Below, piece by piece: positions 29,401 to 40,100 of a stretch of 64,000 nt of DNA. The notes below the pieces were generated by a model, which saw only the letters and a program-made list of their open reading frames with translations, did not search any database and was not told the DNA's origin. The DNA is from an uncultured virus (IMG/VR IMGVR_UViG_3300027797_000014). Lineage: Duplodnaviria > Heunggongvirae > Uroviricota > Caudoviricetes. Each line of letters opens with the position of its first letter. Position 1 is the first letter of the stretch. The stretch is taken from the IMG/VR virus record IMGVR_UViG_3300027797_000014; one strand, given 5' to 3'. Position numbers and translations under genes: made by a program.

Positions 29401-32400
29401 ACAAGAACTAGAAACGCTTAAAGCAGAACTTACTAAAGGATTAACTGGAGCAGCTAAAATTAAAGCTGTAAAAGAAAGTAAAAAGTATCAAGATCTTTTA
29501 GATAACAGAAAAAGATTAGAAAAAGAAGCTAATAAGATAGTTTCTATTGAAGATGCTATTGCTGATGCTGAAGACATTGATGTATTTACAGCATGGGCTT
29601 CAGGAAATCTTCCAGATTTTATTACAATAGATGATATTGAAAGACTAGGTAATAATCTTAAAGCTGGAGGAGTACGTGTTGGTGCATTTGTATTAAACCT
29701 TAATAATATTGGTGGAGGATTAACTGTTAATGGTACATTGTTTACTGGAGCTAAATCTCCGTTTAAATATCATGAAGCATTCCACGGTGTATTCAGAATG
29801 TTATTATCTGATACTGAAATTAAAAAATATTTAGCAATTGCTAGAAAAGAAGTAAGGGCAAAACTAAGAGCAGAAGGTAAAAGCTTTAAAGCCGAATTAG
29901 AAAGATTCAAAAATTCAGCTAATACTTATTCTGATATGAGTCCTGAAAGATTAGAACAAGAATACTATGAAGAATATTTAGCTGATGAATTTGAAAAATT
30001 TAAAGCAAACGCAAAGTCAACTCAGACAGATTCTACTGTCAAGTCTTTATTCACTAGAATTATGGAGTGGATTAAGTCTGTATTCAAATCCTTTACTAAG
30101 AATGAATTACTTACTTTATTTGAAAACATTGATTCTGGCAAGTTTAAAAATGCGTCAATAAATTCAAATCAGTTTGTTACTAGTTTAATGACTGGTGTAT
30201 CATTAGAAGCAAATGCTTTATTACCATATGATACAGAACAGAATGCCAACAATAAAGTTGGGTACTATTTCTTAGATAGTGCTATTGCTGAACCTTTAGT
30301 TTCAAGTATAGCTGCTATGTATATACAAGAAATTGCAAAAGTAAAAGATCCAAATGTTAAACGCGGGGACATACTTGAAAACGTTATAGATGATTTTGCT
30401 GCTTTATATGATGAAGAAACTGAAGCAAATCAAAAACTTTCAGATGAACAGAAAAAATTCTTACCTCAAATAAGTGAAGTATTTTATAATTTCTCTGATG
30501 AACTAAAGGCTGAAGTATACAAAGTATTAAACATTATAACTAAACAAACTCAAGAAGAAGAATATAACAATGAGTATTTTGAGGAGGAAGTTGGTTTAAG
30601 AAATGTAGAGCAATATAATATGGATGCTTCTATGATTGGTGGATTTGGTTCTTTATCTGAAGGATTAAGAAGTTACTTAGCTACAACAACAATAGAGGAA
30701 ACAGATTACTTTGGTAATAAAGAATTAAAGCCAGGAGTAAAACTAATTGTTCCAATTAACTTTGTATCTGCTTATAATGGGTTATTAAAAGCTGTTAAGA
30801 ATATTGATGATCCTAAAAAGATGTTACAGAACATGTACTTCTTTGGACTAGATAATCCTCAGACTGGTGCCGTTGTAACAAGATTACTACAAGACTTTGG
30901 TATATCTGAAGAAACATTATTAGAGTCAGGTCCATTACCTACTAAGATTAAAAATGCTGCTTTATTTCAATCTGTTGTAAAAGGATTTACAACATTTAGA
31001 GTAGACTACTTATTTGTACAAAGAGATAATGCCGGTGCAGTATTAATTTATTCTGCTGCACAAAGAGATGATATTAATTCACAACTAGAATCATGGTCTC
31101 AAGCTTGGGGACAAGCTGAAAAGAAAATTAAATCTGATGTTAAAGTTAAAAATGAAACTATCAAAACATTAGAAGATTTTGCAAGTTATTTAAAACCTAG
31201 TGATACAAAACTTACTGATCCAAAATTATCTGAGTTATCTTCTAAGTATTCACAAGATATTTTTAGACTTACAGGTATTAAATTAAGTAAACAGTTTATT
31301 GCATTTAGTATTGCATCATCAAGAAATAATCCTACAGTTGCACAAGCAGCATTATTAAATGCTAATTCTGAACAAACACCTATAAGCTATGGTGATATTC
31401 TTGAAATAAATAAATTAATTCAACAGGGTAATGACATCTTTAGTGAAGGAAAAGATGGAGCTGATTCTAGACTTAGAACATTAGCAATTCAAAATGCACC
31501 CTTTGATGAAACAATTGGAGCATCTGTATTTAAAAACCCTGAAGGTAACTTAGTATATGCACATCAATTACCAACGTATCATTTAAAAAGAATACAAGAG
31601 TTAAATGACATGTCTGAACTAGAACGCCTTATTGAATCTGATCCTTACTTAGCAAATAACTTCTTATTGAATAGTGAGGCATTTAGACAAATGTCTGCAG
31701 AAAATAGACAAAAGGTATTAAGAATAGCAGGAAGTAGTGTTGGTAAAATTAATAATACAGAAGAAGAACTTAATGATAAAATATCAGGTGTATCTAATAA
31801 ATCAACTTATGGTAATTATACACCACAAGAATTTGCACTAAGTATAATTAATACTTACACCGCTTTATTAAATACTAAAAGTAACAAGGTTGATTATGTA
31901 GAATATTATGATAATATACTTGAGAAAAATGTTAAGTCTGCATTAGCACCAGTATTGCTAAGAGTATTAGAAGCATCAAATACAGGAGATTTAATGTATA
32001 TGCCTGTAATTAAAGCAGTTAAGTTTAATAAACCGGGTGGTAAAGTTGTATTAACTGATGAAGTTATTGATGCATTTGTTAACAGAATTGAAACTGAGTA
32101 TGATAGAATTAGAAGAGAGTCAAATCCTGAAACTAAAACTGAAGAAACTCAACTTGGTTACAACACTGATAATGGTAGAGCATTTCAATTAATAAATACT
32201 GGTTTATTACTTACTCCAGAACTAAAAAGTTCTTTAGAAGAAATTGCAAAACGTGAGGATGCACCTTCATTAAAAGATGCTTTAAAAGAATTAAATGTAA
32301 CTAATAATGCTTTTAGAACTGTTGTTAATACACAGTTAGAAAGTCAATATGATGTATTCTCTAAAGGTTTGGTAGATTTAAAAATAGAAGAACAATTAGG

Positions 32401-35400
32401 TAAAAGTATAACAGAAGGTTTAGCTACTACAGAAAAAGCTGATCAAAACTTAATTGAGTCTGCAGAATTACTTAATCTTACTTATGATAAAGAATATAAC
32501 TTAAAACAAATATTCTTTAATGACTGGATAAATACAGCATCTATAAATGATGTTCTTTTGGGTGACCAAGCTGTAACATTAAAAGATGGAGTTGATGCCG
32601 TTAAAAGAGCTAAGATGCAGAATGCTGCATACTATAGTGCGTATACTTCTATATCTGCAGAAGATTTAGGTGTAATGCATACTGTTGATGATATTAGTTT
32701 GGTTTCTTTAGAAGAACCGGTGGGTATTTCTGCTTTAACAGGGAAGAATATTGATAGATCAGATGCTCAGATGTGGATGACTACAAAAGCATTTAGATAT
32801 ATGTGGTTTGGATTTGGTAAACTTAATCCTGCTCAGGCAAAACTTATTGATAGGATTGAAGCTGGTGAAGATATATCTTCTGAAGAGTTATTTGGTCAAG
32901 ATGGTTATGTTGATATGGGAAGCATGCTTAACTCTAAAAAGTTAGTATATGGTGATGGTAAAACATTTATCAAGATGTCTGCTTTTGTATTGACCCCACA
33001 ACTTACATCTAATAAAGTAGTAGATGAAAATGGAAATGTAACTTTTGTAGCTAAAGAAAATAAAGTTGACTTACATAATTTAAGAGTTAAACTTGAAGCT
33101 ATTGAGAAAACTAAAGATACAATTAGTATAGCCGCACCATTAAGTGCACTTAAAATGTTAAAGCAACGTGTAAATCCACTTAGTGATTTGGGTAATACTA
33201 ACTCATTTACAAATGGACATACTACATTAAGTGCAAAATACATGGGTCTCCAAGTATTAACACCATCAAATAAGACAGAAGTTATTGATCCAACACAAGT
33301 AAAGAACATTGTTACTTCTGAACAAAAAGATAGTGTATATGTAGAAGCTTTAGGAATGACAGTAGGTCAAATCAGAACTGCATACAATCTTGCTACTTCT
33401 GCTAAAGTTGAATTAAAATATAAAAACAAAAGAAACTTAATTTTTAGTTTTGAAAAAGGAATGCAAGAACTTGCAATCTCCAAACAAAACAACAAAATAA
33501 CTCCAAACTTAATGGCATTCTTAAGATATGCTACTGAGGGTCTTAAAGCATCTCAAGCAAGTAGTAACTTGTTAGAGTTCTTTTCAATTCAAGATGGAGA
33601 ACAAAAATATGATTTAAATAATCCTATTACATTAAATAAATTTGAACAGTTGTTCTTAAGTTATTTAAGTAAAGGAGTACTTGCAGAAAAAGCACCAGGT
33701 CATGCTGTAGCTTTAGTATCTGATTTTGGTACCAAAGTTTATAGAAGAGTATTTAGTGTAGACGAAAATGGTGTGCCAGATAGATCTGAGATCATTAGAG
33801 AAAATGTTTGGAATAATATGGCCAACAAACCTACATTAGGTGAGTATGATACATTATCAGTTACACTTAAAGATAACAAAGAAGGTGTAGTTATCCTTGA
33901 CCGTTTAAGAGCTGGTGTAAAAGAATATGATAAAGACGGTAAGTTCACAGGTGAAAGATATACTGAGATGCTTATGCCGGCTCACTTTAAATCTATAATG
34001 GATTTAGTTGAGAATACTGATTCAGCTTTCCCTGATATATTATCAAAAATGTTTGCTGTACGTATTCCATCTCAAGATAATCACTCAACAATAAATGTTA
34101 AACATGTTGACTTTTTACCTGCATTCTATGGTTCATCTGCAATGTTTGCTCAAGAACTTATTGAGATATCAGGAGCGGATTTTGATATTGATAAAGTTTA
34201 CATGCAAATTAAAGAGTTCTATGAAGACAAGGGTAAATTCTATGAGTATGGTAAACAAACTACAGATGAAGGTAAATATACAGATTACTTAAAGTATGTA
34301 TCTGAAAAAGTTAAAGTGCCGGGAACAACTTATGCTGAAGCATTAGAAATGTATAAAAATGATTTCCAAGCTGCAAGTATAGAAAATTCTGTAACAGATA
34401 TAGAAGAAGAAATAGCTTCAGATGCGGGATTATCAGAAGATGGTATCAAAGCTTTACAAATTTTAGGATTACCTATTACAAAAGAGCAGTACTTAGAATA
34501 TAAAAAGAAATTCCGTGAGCCATATGAAGCTCCAATGAATAATGCAATACTAGATTACAAATATGCCTTAATGGGTAATACAGGTGTAACAGAAACAACA
34601 AATGCAAATGAAACACCAATTTCATATACAGCTGCTAGTTTACAGATATTACAAGATTCATTAAAAGAATTAGAAGAAGTATTACCGGGATTACTTGAAC
34701 GTTCAAGAGAAGATAATATTGATATCAATAATATTATTGGTAAAATTAAAGCATTCACAAATAACAAAGGTGCTGCTATTGGTGCAATTGTATTACCTAA
34801 CTTATACTTAAGTTTATTAACTGAGTATGGTATCACAATAAATGATAAGGGGCCAAAGATTAGTGTTAATGGTATAACTTATGATGACTTTGGAGTAACT
34901 AGAGAACAACTAGCAAATGGTTTACAAGGATTACGTAAACAAGATATTATTTCATCATTGATTACAATGGCTACAGATAATGCTAAAGAACGTCTTGTTG
35001 CTAAACTTGGTTTAAATAGACATGCTCTTGGTGTAGTAGCTAATTTAACTGCCCTGGGTGTACCTATTAAAACATCTTTATTGTTGATCAACAATCCAAT
35101 GATACAAGATATATATTCTGAAGCACTAAACAAAAAAGATAAATTAGATCCTGGTGTTACTCAATTAACTAAAAATAAAATATTAAATTTATTAGTAGAA
35201 CAAAAAGTTATTGTAGAAGATCAACTTAAACAAGAATTAGATGAATTAGGAATTGATTATAAATCATATGGATCTATTACTGATAACTTTTTAATAGATG
35301 CTTTTAACAATCCACAAGAAGTTACAAGCAAAGAAAAGATTGCAATGTTAACTTTATTTTTAGATGCTGTAAAAGTTAAAGATTTTACAAGTAACATGTC

Positions 35401-37096
35401 AGCTATTGCAGGTTTAACAAATGGTTTGGGTAAAGATATTTCAGCAGTAAATGAAAAAGTTTTACAGATTGATAAACTATTTGATGAAAAAGCAATGATG
35501 AATCTTAAGCCAATATATAAAAGCAAAACTTGGCAATCAAAATATCTTGAAATATTTAATCAAATCAAAAATGAATTGTTACCGGTTACATTTTTAACAG
35601 CAAGTAAAAACTTTCAATCAATTTTAAATGAAGTGTATGAAAATATAAATACTACTTCAAATGATTTTAATGAGGAAGTAAGATCTAAGATATCAAAAGA
35701 TTTATTATCATATTTAACAATTAAAGCATATCAGGAAAACAAATTAAAAAATGATTCACAATCTGTGGCTACTTTAAGTAATGAATTGATCTATCCTGGA
35801 GGAGATTATTTATCAATTAATGATATTATTGATAGATTACGTACTACAGAAGCAGGTCAAAATAATTTCTTTTTAGATAACTTTGCAATAAGTCAAAAAG
35901 CAAGTGACTCTGATAATCAAAGTGGTTTGAATTTAGTTAATGCTAATACATTCAGAAGTTTAAATGCTGGACAGAAAGTAGATTTACAAAATTCATTTGC
36001 TAAACTATATGGTTCTTTAGAAACTAAGAATGATGCTTTATCTATAATTAACTACATAATGGTTAAAGATGGATTACAATTGGGATACCAGTCTTTATTA
36101 GAAGCTGTTAGTCCTTTTGTAATGGATGGATATCTAAGTCAAATTGAAACAGCAAATGCTGCATTAAGAAGTGATGATGAGGCAAAGGTTAAAGAAGTCT
36201 TTGGTTTAAACACTGAAGAATTAAAATCTGACTTTGTTAATAATTATTTGTTATCAAATATAAGTGGTCCTTTATTATATACATTCAATGAGAAAGCTAT
36301 AAATAAAGCAATTACTATTAAAAGAGAAAACAATATTCCAAATGAAGTTAAAATTGATTGGAATAAAATTAATGGTGGTGTTCCTAAACGTTTTATCAGA
36401 TTAAAAGGTAAAGATACATATGGTAATTTATTTTATAAAACTTTTATATCTATATCAGAACCTAAGTTAACAACTCAAATTTATAATGTAATAGAAACAA
36501 AAGGTTCTAATCAACAAAATCCAATTGGATTTATGTTTGGTGAAAGACCTACATATAAAGCTGTAAGACAGTCAATTAAAACTAAAAACGCAACTACAAC
36601 TCAAGATGCATATGTGGACAGTATAAACTTTGAAGGAGAAGAAAACTATGCTCTATCAAAAGATGAAATGATTCAGCTGGGTGCTTTGAAAGATGAGAAT
36701 GCTGACATTGAAGCAAATGAGTTTGGTGTTAACATTAATGGTAACAACATTGCTAACATAAGTGCAATGGAGGCATTGCTTACTGCTGAACCAAAAGAAA
36801 AAGCAGAGACGGTTGAGTCAGACATTACTGAAATTGGTGAAGCAATAACACTTGGTGATTCAATAAGTGATCTTGAAAGAGAATTGTATGATGAATTTGA
36901 AGCTGAAATGAAAAATGATTATTCTACAATTGAGAATTTCTGGGATGCTAACATTCAAAAAAACTCAGAAGCTAAAGAAAACCTAAGACTAAATAATAAT
37001 GTATTATCTTTGGAAGATCTTATAGATATGTATAATAATGGTATCTATAAAAATCAAGAAGAATTTATTGAACAAATAAAACAATGTAATTTATAA
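23498..37096 (+). CDS. Virion-packaged single-chain (two-barrel) DNA-dependent RNA polymerase with zincin-like domain
   Basis: 4532 aa; catalytic GADFDIDK at ~34172-34195 preceded by RIPSQDNHS; HEAFH at 29771-29785 with downstream EEYLADEF. This is the hallmark architecture of crAss-like virion RNAPs. Confidence 0.9.
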   Translation: MENPIENNSLNQTILNNQVTESVIPKDNSFQPVMDMFDSEENNVLMSRIDLAQLQQLDALKPMIDSTGIRSNGNAAARRPTLSSNTFDPVLQQNPPNLKEPGGIERSIEQSLNEAFQESQGNIKPGTGVAAPAFASMVQSNFKRYYEHPEFQKLGWKPYADNEAYYNANSTIYDDMSRMWGQFGSLVGTGFVGGYRDIGDMFSGESMVADLKSANEFEDAMAIGSSTRGGALGFTNNLLLNSAYTVGIISSIAVEELALAALEVGTFGGATPLVAGRSVLNAARLAELAKNVGKATSIGRMYSSGRTMMNTLKGIDAAKDFWTASKIGGKAFAGIFAPETIAAVNRLHTTEVVAQNLNNMAKASEYAGAFYRDARALNLALSESRLEGGMVYNQLIKDGMDIKFAENNGSPVTTEQVADIQNNAHKAAFATTMTNMPIIYITNKLVLGNSLGGFNKSLGRIFNEQAKGIGSRIIKTAQTVGKDGVKSLSPFKDAGTGLKGLATTLGNAGVKGNLSKLGQGSLRYFAANLGEGIQELSQEAISAGTKNYYTSVLKDPMNGGSELFNASVNAGIGQQFSSQGFETFMSGFLMGGIVSGPQKLFFQGVPALYQRVSNPEKYAQYKQNKEDYVKSVVDTYNAVWNEQAQDPNSIFDPKRYNFLLQKAAAQGKTLASIAYNQFDFIDETDFAKFQQIHTVLTTGGAALFQDQLTDYMKMSDEDLATAFPSSKADVKNGKIRERLQSMVNQIDKTEEVYSQSKDRNPNPFTPESYEKGSRQWTEETLKKIAFEHARYLYMFTQDGFTRALERSNSIYQNLAAEPLFEKMAASDLTVLLDQDSIDKEIQMLTEEAIILSGDKINETKVKEKTEKIERLSAFKNILLENQNKDGSFNKKKIGLLRKEFENYVKYMAQASGTFVNKDNIDAALKQIIDYTALKGRAKVYDKAIEYLNDPQKFDVIFQRTAEVLQEQYKNRKSIFEQQVRDYTEVIERTELANQIAKAGFIPAVDEMKMFLETGDSKYLKTFYNQKGEQLSAYDKQDLEDIQALLNDYEQTRPDKKVEEVKDEEEVAEEGRSNVDDILGNINIEVSVKDSVVLDNTMKKAYAKYAAKQTAAGKKPITLDKWINSEDGKNHRTAFIAVKKIWIDNDTLINPNNPLTEAEIQSESKLIPWLQSQEGKTNDLVQNVVNALGLTIDDVTGQTELLPSEGEAVEGNKNITIVKKGNAVSLIELKTVDSEGNISTSYQLVDQYKQPLDEETLNRFGVPAFGIFIEGDKVKALSIQKAIDGAAPDITPFIFDDVQLNYGQLVYDQTGKEFIVVSQPKQIGTERKLLLVPSDEISPSIEETKKATIPVKPGEFKASFSIQDLDLKVLPQSVSRLNINEPIQPYAYRNKDAVTNQWLESQEQATARYNLVMSVLSPEDLNGLELVVTLDPEGGLNNGYLIIPGFKEANPYIQTITAKYSVGIRTSNPIVQAKIDAAIEKNGLNKSNASNGVFGFMQNTNFTITNSQGTVINPATMTTDEYKNIIYTPAGMEVSLEEDLKRAQNNFALNNLLSSVLPELVANNPDGVIALSKLPNGLSFISKPGVTMYDKSPKPLADLQFSAADENGNYLIYQLENNKGGARTKVAISNLEGEERRQLIDRVEESLTKQGLLDGITSLTDAYVAVVLLPDGTYALANLKAKSIDLNAKFLELINRAETTLSDNPEANAEKFDKRFNVDYNKGLRSELFISAKPGYRLSLQVSPWGKIELEISDSNNKQIGIVRLNKSEISNKDLSVDDKLKLLLDKFNELPGVVAADVNLTAANFRASYSREAGVQEILDKTTTQVAPQVVSNNAIQLSADSSAIQAAKNIPVVQQSAFVASEEVLDVVTDEVYNNFIDNNIVPDNILNNIADKVIKRIDLSEKEIAIFNGKTSEINDIIKDIASNEVTPEEVADTFDTDSINPEDINIDDTNLLRNSIRLSILESIKQELETLKAELTKGLTGAAKIKAVKESKKYQDLLDNRKRLEKEANKIVSIEDAIADAEDIDVFTAWASGNLPDFITIDDIERLGNNLKAGGVRVGAFVLNLNNIGGGLTVNGTLFTGAKSPFKYHEAFHGVFRMLLSDTEIKKYLAIARKEVRAKLRAEGKSFKAELERFKNSANTYSDMSPERLEQEYYEEYLADEFEKFKANAKSTQTDSTVKSLFTRIMEWIKSVFKSFTKNELLTLFENIDSGKFKNASINSNQFVTSLMTGVSLEANALLPYDTEQNANNKVGYYFLDSAIAEPLVSSIAAMYIQEIAKVKDPNVKRGDILENVIDDFAALYDEETEANQKLSDEQKKFLPQISEVFYNFSDELKAEVYKVLNIITKQTQEEEYNNEYFEEEVGLRNVEQYNMDASMIGGFGSLSEGLRSYLATTTIEETDYFGNKELKPGVKLIVPINFVSAYNGLLKAVKNIDDPKKMLQNMYFFGLDNPQTGAVVTRLLQDFGISEETLLESGPLPTKIKNAALFQSVVKGFTTFRVDYLFVQRDNAGAVLIYSAAQRDDINSQLESWSQAWGQAEKKIKSDVKVKNETIKTLEDFASYLKPSDTKLTDPKLSELSSKYSQDIFRLTGIKLSKQFIAFSIASSRNNPTVAQAALLNANSEQTPISYGDILEINKLIQQGNDIFSEGKDGADSRLRTLAIQNAPFDETIGASVFKNPEGNLVYAHQLPTYHLKRIQELNDMSELERLIESDPYLANNFLLNSEAFRQMSAENRQKVLRIAGSSVGKINNTEEELNDKISGVSNKSTYGNYTPQEFALSIINTYTALLNTKSNKVDYVEYYDNILEKNVKSALAPVLLRVLEASNTGDLMYMPVIKAVKFNKPGGKVVLTDEVIDAFVNRIETEYDRIRRESNPETKTEETQLGYNTDNGRAFQLINTGLLLTPELKSSLEEIAKREDAPSLKDALKELNVTNNAFRTVVNTQLESQYDVFSKGLVDLKIEEQLGKSITEGLATTEKADQNLIESAELLNLTYDKEYNLKQIFFNDWINTASINDVLLGDQAVTLKDGVDAVKRAKMQNAAYYSAYTSISAEDLGVMHTVDDISLVSLEEPVGISALTGKNIDRSDAQMWMTTKAFRYMWFGFGKLNPAQAKLIDRIEAGEDISSEELFGQDGYVDMGSMLNSKKLVYGDGKTFIKMSAFVLTPQLTSNKVVDENGNVTFVAKENKVDLHNLRVKLEAIEKTKDTISIAAPLSALKMLKQRVNPLSDLGNTNSFTNGHTTLSAKYMGLQVLTPSNKTEVIDPTQVKNIVTSEQKDSVYVEALGMTVGQIRTAYNLATSAKVELKYKNKRNLIFSFEKGMQELAISKQNNKITPNLMAFLRYATEGLKASQASSNLLEFFSIQDGEQKYDLNNPITLNKFEQLFLSYLSKGVLAEKAPGHAVALVSDFGTKVYRRVFSVDENGVPDRSEIIRENVWNNMANKPTLGEYDTLSVTLKDNKEGVVILDRLRAGVKEYDKDGKFTGERYTEMLMPAHFKSIMDLVENTDSAFPDILSKMFAVRIPSQDNHSTINVKHVDFLPAFYGSSAMFAQELIEISGADFDIDKVYMQIKEFYEDKGKFYEYGKQTTDEGKYTDYLKYVSEKVKVPGTTYAEALEMYKNDFQAASIENSVTDIEEEIASDAGLSEDGIKALQILGLPITKEQYLEYKKKFREPYEAPMNNAILDYKYALMGNTGVTETTNANETPISYTAASLQILQDSLKELEEVLPGLLERSREDNIDINNIIGKIKAFTNNKGAAIGAIVLPNLYLSLLTEYGITINDKGPKISVNGITYDDFGVTREQLANGLQGLRKQDIISSLITMATDNAKERLVAKLGLNRHALGVVANLTALGVPIKTSLLLINNPMIQDIYSEALNKKDKLDPGVTQLTKNKILNLLVEQKVIVEDQLKQELDELGIDYKSYGSITDNFLIDAFNNPQEVTSKEKIAMLTLFLDAVKVKDFTSNMSAIAGLTNGLGKDISAVNEKVLQIDKLFDEKAMMNLKPIYKSKTWQSKYLEIFNQIKNELLPVTFLTASKNFQSILNEVYENINTTSNDFNEEVRSKISKDLLSYLTIKAYQENKLKNDSQSVATLSNELIYPGGDYLSINDIIDRLRTTEAGQNNFFLDNFAISQKASDSDNQSGLNLVNANTFRSLNAGQKVDLQNSFAKLYGSLETKNDALSIINYIMVKDGLQLGYQSLLEAVSPFVMDGYLSQIETANAALRSDDEAKVKEVFGLNTEELKSDFVNNYLLSNISGPLLYTFNEKAINKAITIKRENNIPNEVKIDWNKINGGVPKRFIRLKGKDTYGNLFYKTFISISEPKLTTQIYNVIETKGSNQQNPIGFMFGERPTYKAVRQSIKTKNATTTQDAYVDSINFEGEENYALSKDEMIQLGALKDENADIEANEFGVNINGNNIANISAMEALLTAEPKEKAETVESDITEIGEAITLGDSISDLERELYDEFEAEMKNDYSTIENFWDANIQKNSEAKENLRLNNNVLSLEDLIDMYNNGIYKNQEEFIEQIKQCNL

Positions 37097-37102
37097 TAAG
37101 CT

Positions 37103-40100
37103 ATGGCAAAATGTCCTAACAAAAATACACCGGAATATAAAGCTTTACAAAAAGTTTATAAAAGTGAAATTGCAACAAATAATATTATTAATAGTTGGCA
37201 AGATGCAAACAGCACAGATGTTTTTCCTACTGTGGTTGAAGCACAACAATTTGCTAAATATAATAAAGTAGCTTTTGCACTAAAACAAAAAAGCTTTGCT
37301 GAGAGTTTATTAAATAATTTAAGAGATAAAAAACTTATTCATACTGAATTTGGGTTAAGCTTAATTAATGTTACTAATCCTGATCTTTTTTATATTGATA
37401 GAGTTTATGATAAAGCAGTTGTAGAAAGTAACCGTAATAAAATTATTGAATACTTAAAGGCAAATAATATTCCTTTGGATTCTGTTTCAATTATAGCAAC
37501 TGATAAAACATATAAAATAGAAGTAAACCAAAACATGTTTACTGCAAAAGATATGTTGGAATCATCTAGATCTTGGGATACACCAAGAGCCAAAGCTGTT
37601 GTTATGCATTTAAAAAGAATGTTTCCTCAAATACAAGTTAAAATGCTTAGTGTTGCTGATGCAGAAACTCTTTATAATTCAATACCTCAGTGGCAAAAAA
37701 GTAAAGTTAAATTTAGAGAAATAAATTCTTTTTTTGTAGATGGTATTGCTTACTTAGTTAAAGGGAGAGTTACAAATGAAACTGCAATTGAGGAAATGTT
37801 GCATCCATTTATTGATGCAATTAAAGTAGATAACCCAGAATTGTTTAATACTTTATTAGCAGAAGCTAAGTTAAACTTCCCAGAAATGGTTCAGTCTATT
37901 ACTGAAGCTTATAATAATAATAGAAACTTTAGCCAACTAGAAAGAGATCTTGAGATAGTAACTCAAGCATTGTCTAGACATTTTAATAATGAGTATGAAA
38001 AAACTCCAACCAAAAAATTCTTAGATAAAATAAAAGAAGCACTGGACTGGTTTTTAAATGTTATTAATAATTTAAATGAATACATGACAGGTAAACCATT
38101 ATCTGTAAAAGACATTAATAACAAAACTAACTTTACTGATATTGCTAAACTTTTAAATACAGAAGGTATACGCTTTAAACTTGAGAGTAGAGCAAATGCT
38201 AAAGTAAGATATTCACTATCTCCTGAGAAACAAAAGATAGTAGACAAAGCTTTAGATAAATCTAATAGTATACAGCAAGAGATAATTAAAAAATTATTTC
38301 ATGTTGCTGTAAGTTCAAAAGAAGAGATAGATTCATTGTCTGCAAACTTAAGTGACACTGCTTCTGCAAATACAATTGTGGTTCTTAATAAAGAAGATCA
38401 TACATATGTAGATATTACTAACCGTGAAATCTATAAATCTGTTACTACAGCAATTAAAGGCCAACTTGCTAATGAAGAAGATGTACAACTTAACTTAGCA
38501 ATTGGTAATGATGTAGATGCTTTATTAGATGCAATTATATCAGAGCAATCATTTGAGGAAGCATTTCCTAAAATGAAAGTTTTGAATGAAGAACTAGCTG
38601 GAAGAATGTTTGACATGTTAGAAGAACAGATTACTCAGTTAATTCCTCAAGGTGCCGTTGGTATTTCACAAGTAGTTGTATTTGATGAAGCAACAAGGCT
38701 TGCTGGTACAGCTGACTTAGTTGTTATTGATAAGAACGGTAAGATTAGAATTGTTGATTTAAAGACAAGTAAAAATTCTATTTATGATAGAACTTTTGTT
38801 GATGCTGTTAAAAACAAAATACCGGGTAGAACTCAGGGTACTAAATATGAGTTAAAAGAATATGAGTTAAAAGAGGACATGCCTGCTTTAGATGCAAAAG
38901 GAAATCCTATTTTAAATGCTGATGGCTCACCAAAAATATATCTTGGTAGTGATCTTAAAAAAATTCATGGTGTTAATAAGCTATCAACTATAGCTCAACA
39001 CAATCTTCAAGTAAACCTTTACAGACGCATGTTTGAAAACATGGGTTACACTGTGTATGAAGGTGATGGCGGTGCAATTACATTTCACATACAAGCAGAT
39101 ATAACTGGTGTAGGAAAACAACAAGTATTTAATAATAACTTTAGATTAGATGGTAGAGTTGAACATCCTATATCTGAAAACTTATTGTACATCAATATGC
39201 TTGTCCCATCTGTAATGAATAATACAGAAAAGGAAAGTCTTGATAGAGCAATTGGTAATGCAGAAGATGCTATCTACCGTGGTGATAAAGATGTTGATGC
39301 AATGGAAAAAATTGCTGATACAATAGAAGCTCAACAGTATCCGGAGTATAATACTATTTTTGATGCGTTGCAAAACTATAGTGTTGCTTTAGTAGAGCAA
39401 GATAAAGCATTGGATAAACTTAAGAATAATGTTTATAGAGACAAAACTAAAGCACAAACACGTGATGATATTGCAAGTACGTTAGCATACATTGCTAGTA
39501 ATATAAATACCGGGCCAATAGCAAGATCTCAAACTTATACTAATTTGTTAAGAGCTTCTTTAAATCAAATGCAAAAATTTACTGCATATGTTGAAGATCC
39601 AGCTAATGTAAACAAACCTGAGTATATTACATATGCATTAAACTTTAATAGATTCCTAAGTACATTTGAAGCTTTGTATTCAATTAAAGATTCAAAAGAA
39701 CTTAATGCTACGCAAAGAACATTGGTTCTTCAAATGCAACTTGAACAAAATAAACTTTTAGGTGTAAATGGTAAAGAAGGTTTAATTAATGATGCTATCA
39801 TAAATTATGTAAAAGAAATTATTAGAACTAGATCAAACAAAGATTTTGGTGGTAAGGGTAGTGGTTTTACAGAAGAAATGCTAGACGATCTTTTAGTTAT
39901 AGCTCCAGATATTGCAATGGACGCATTAAATGTCCAAGATATGGCTACTCAAAAAGATACCATACTTGCTGTAATGGACAAAATATATAAAAGTCAAAAA
40001 CAAAAACTTTTAGATAAAATAGAAGAAAGAGAAAATGTAATTAGAAATGCAGGTGAGCAATTATTAAAACTTTCAGGAAATAAAGATCTTCAAAGTCTTT

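Noticed and set aside
38844..38875. Tandem repeat TATGAGTTAAAAGA (YELKE YELKE) as a regulatory or contingency repeat
   Set aside because: A single in-frame 15 nt duplication in a probable loop; nothing suggests a function
24040..39373. Antisense and alternate-frame ORFs nested in the giant genes (e.g. 24040-24543, 32905-33309, 34555-34836)
   Set aside because: Shadow ORFs expected from codon bias; no motifs or independent expression signals
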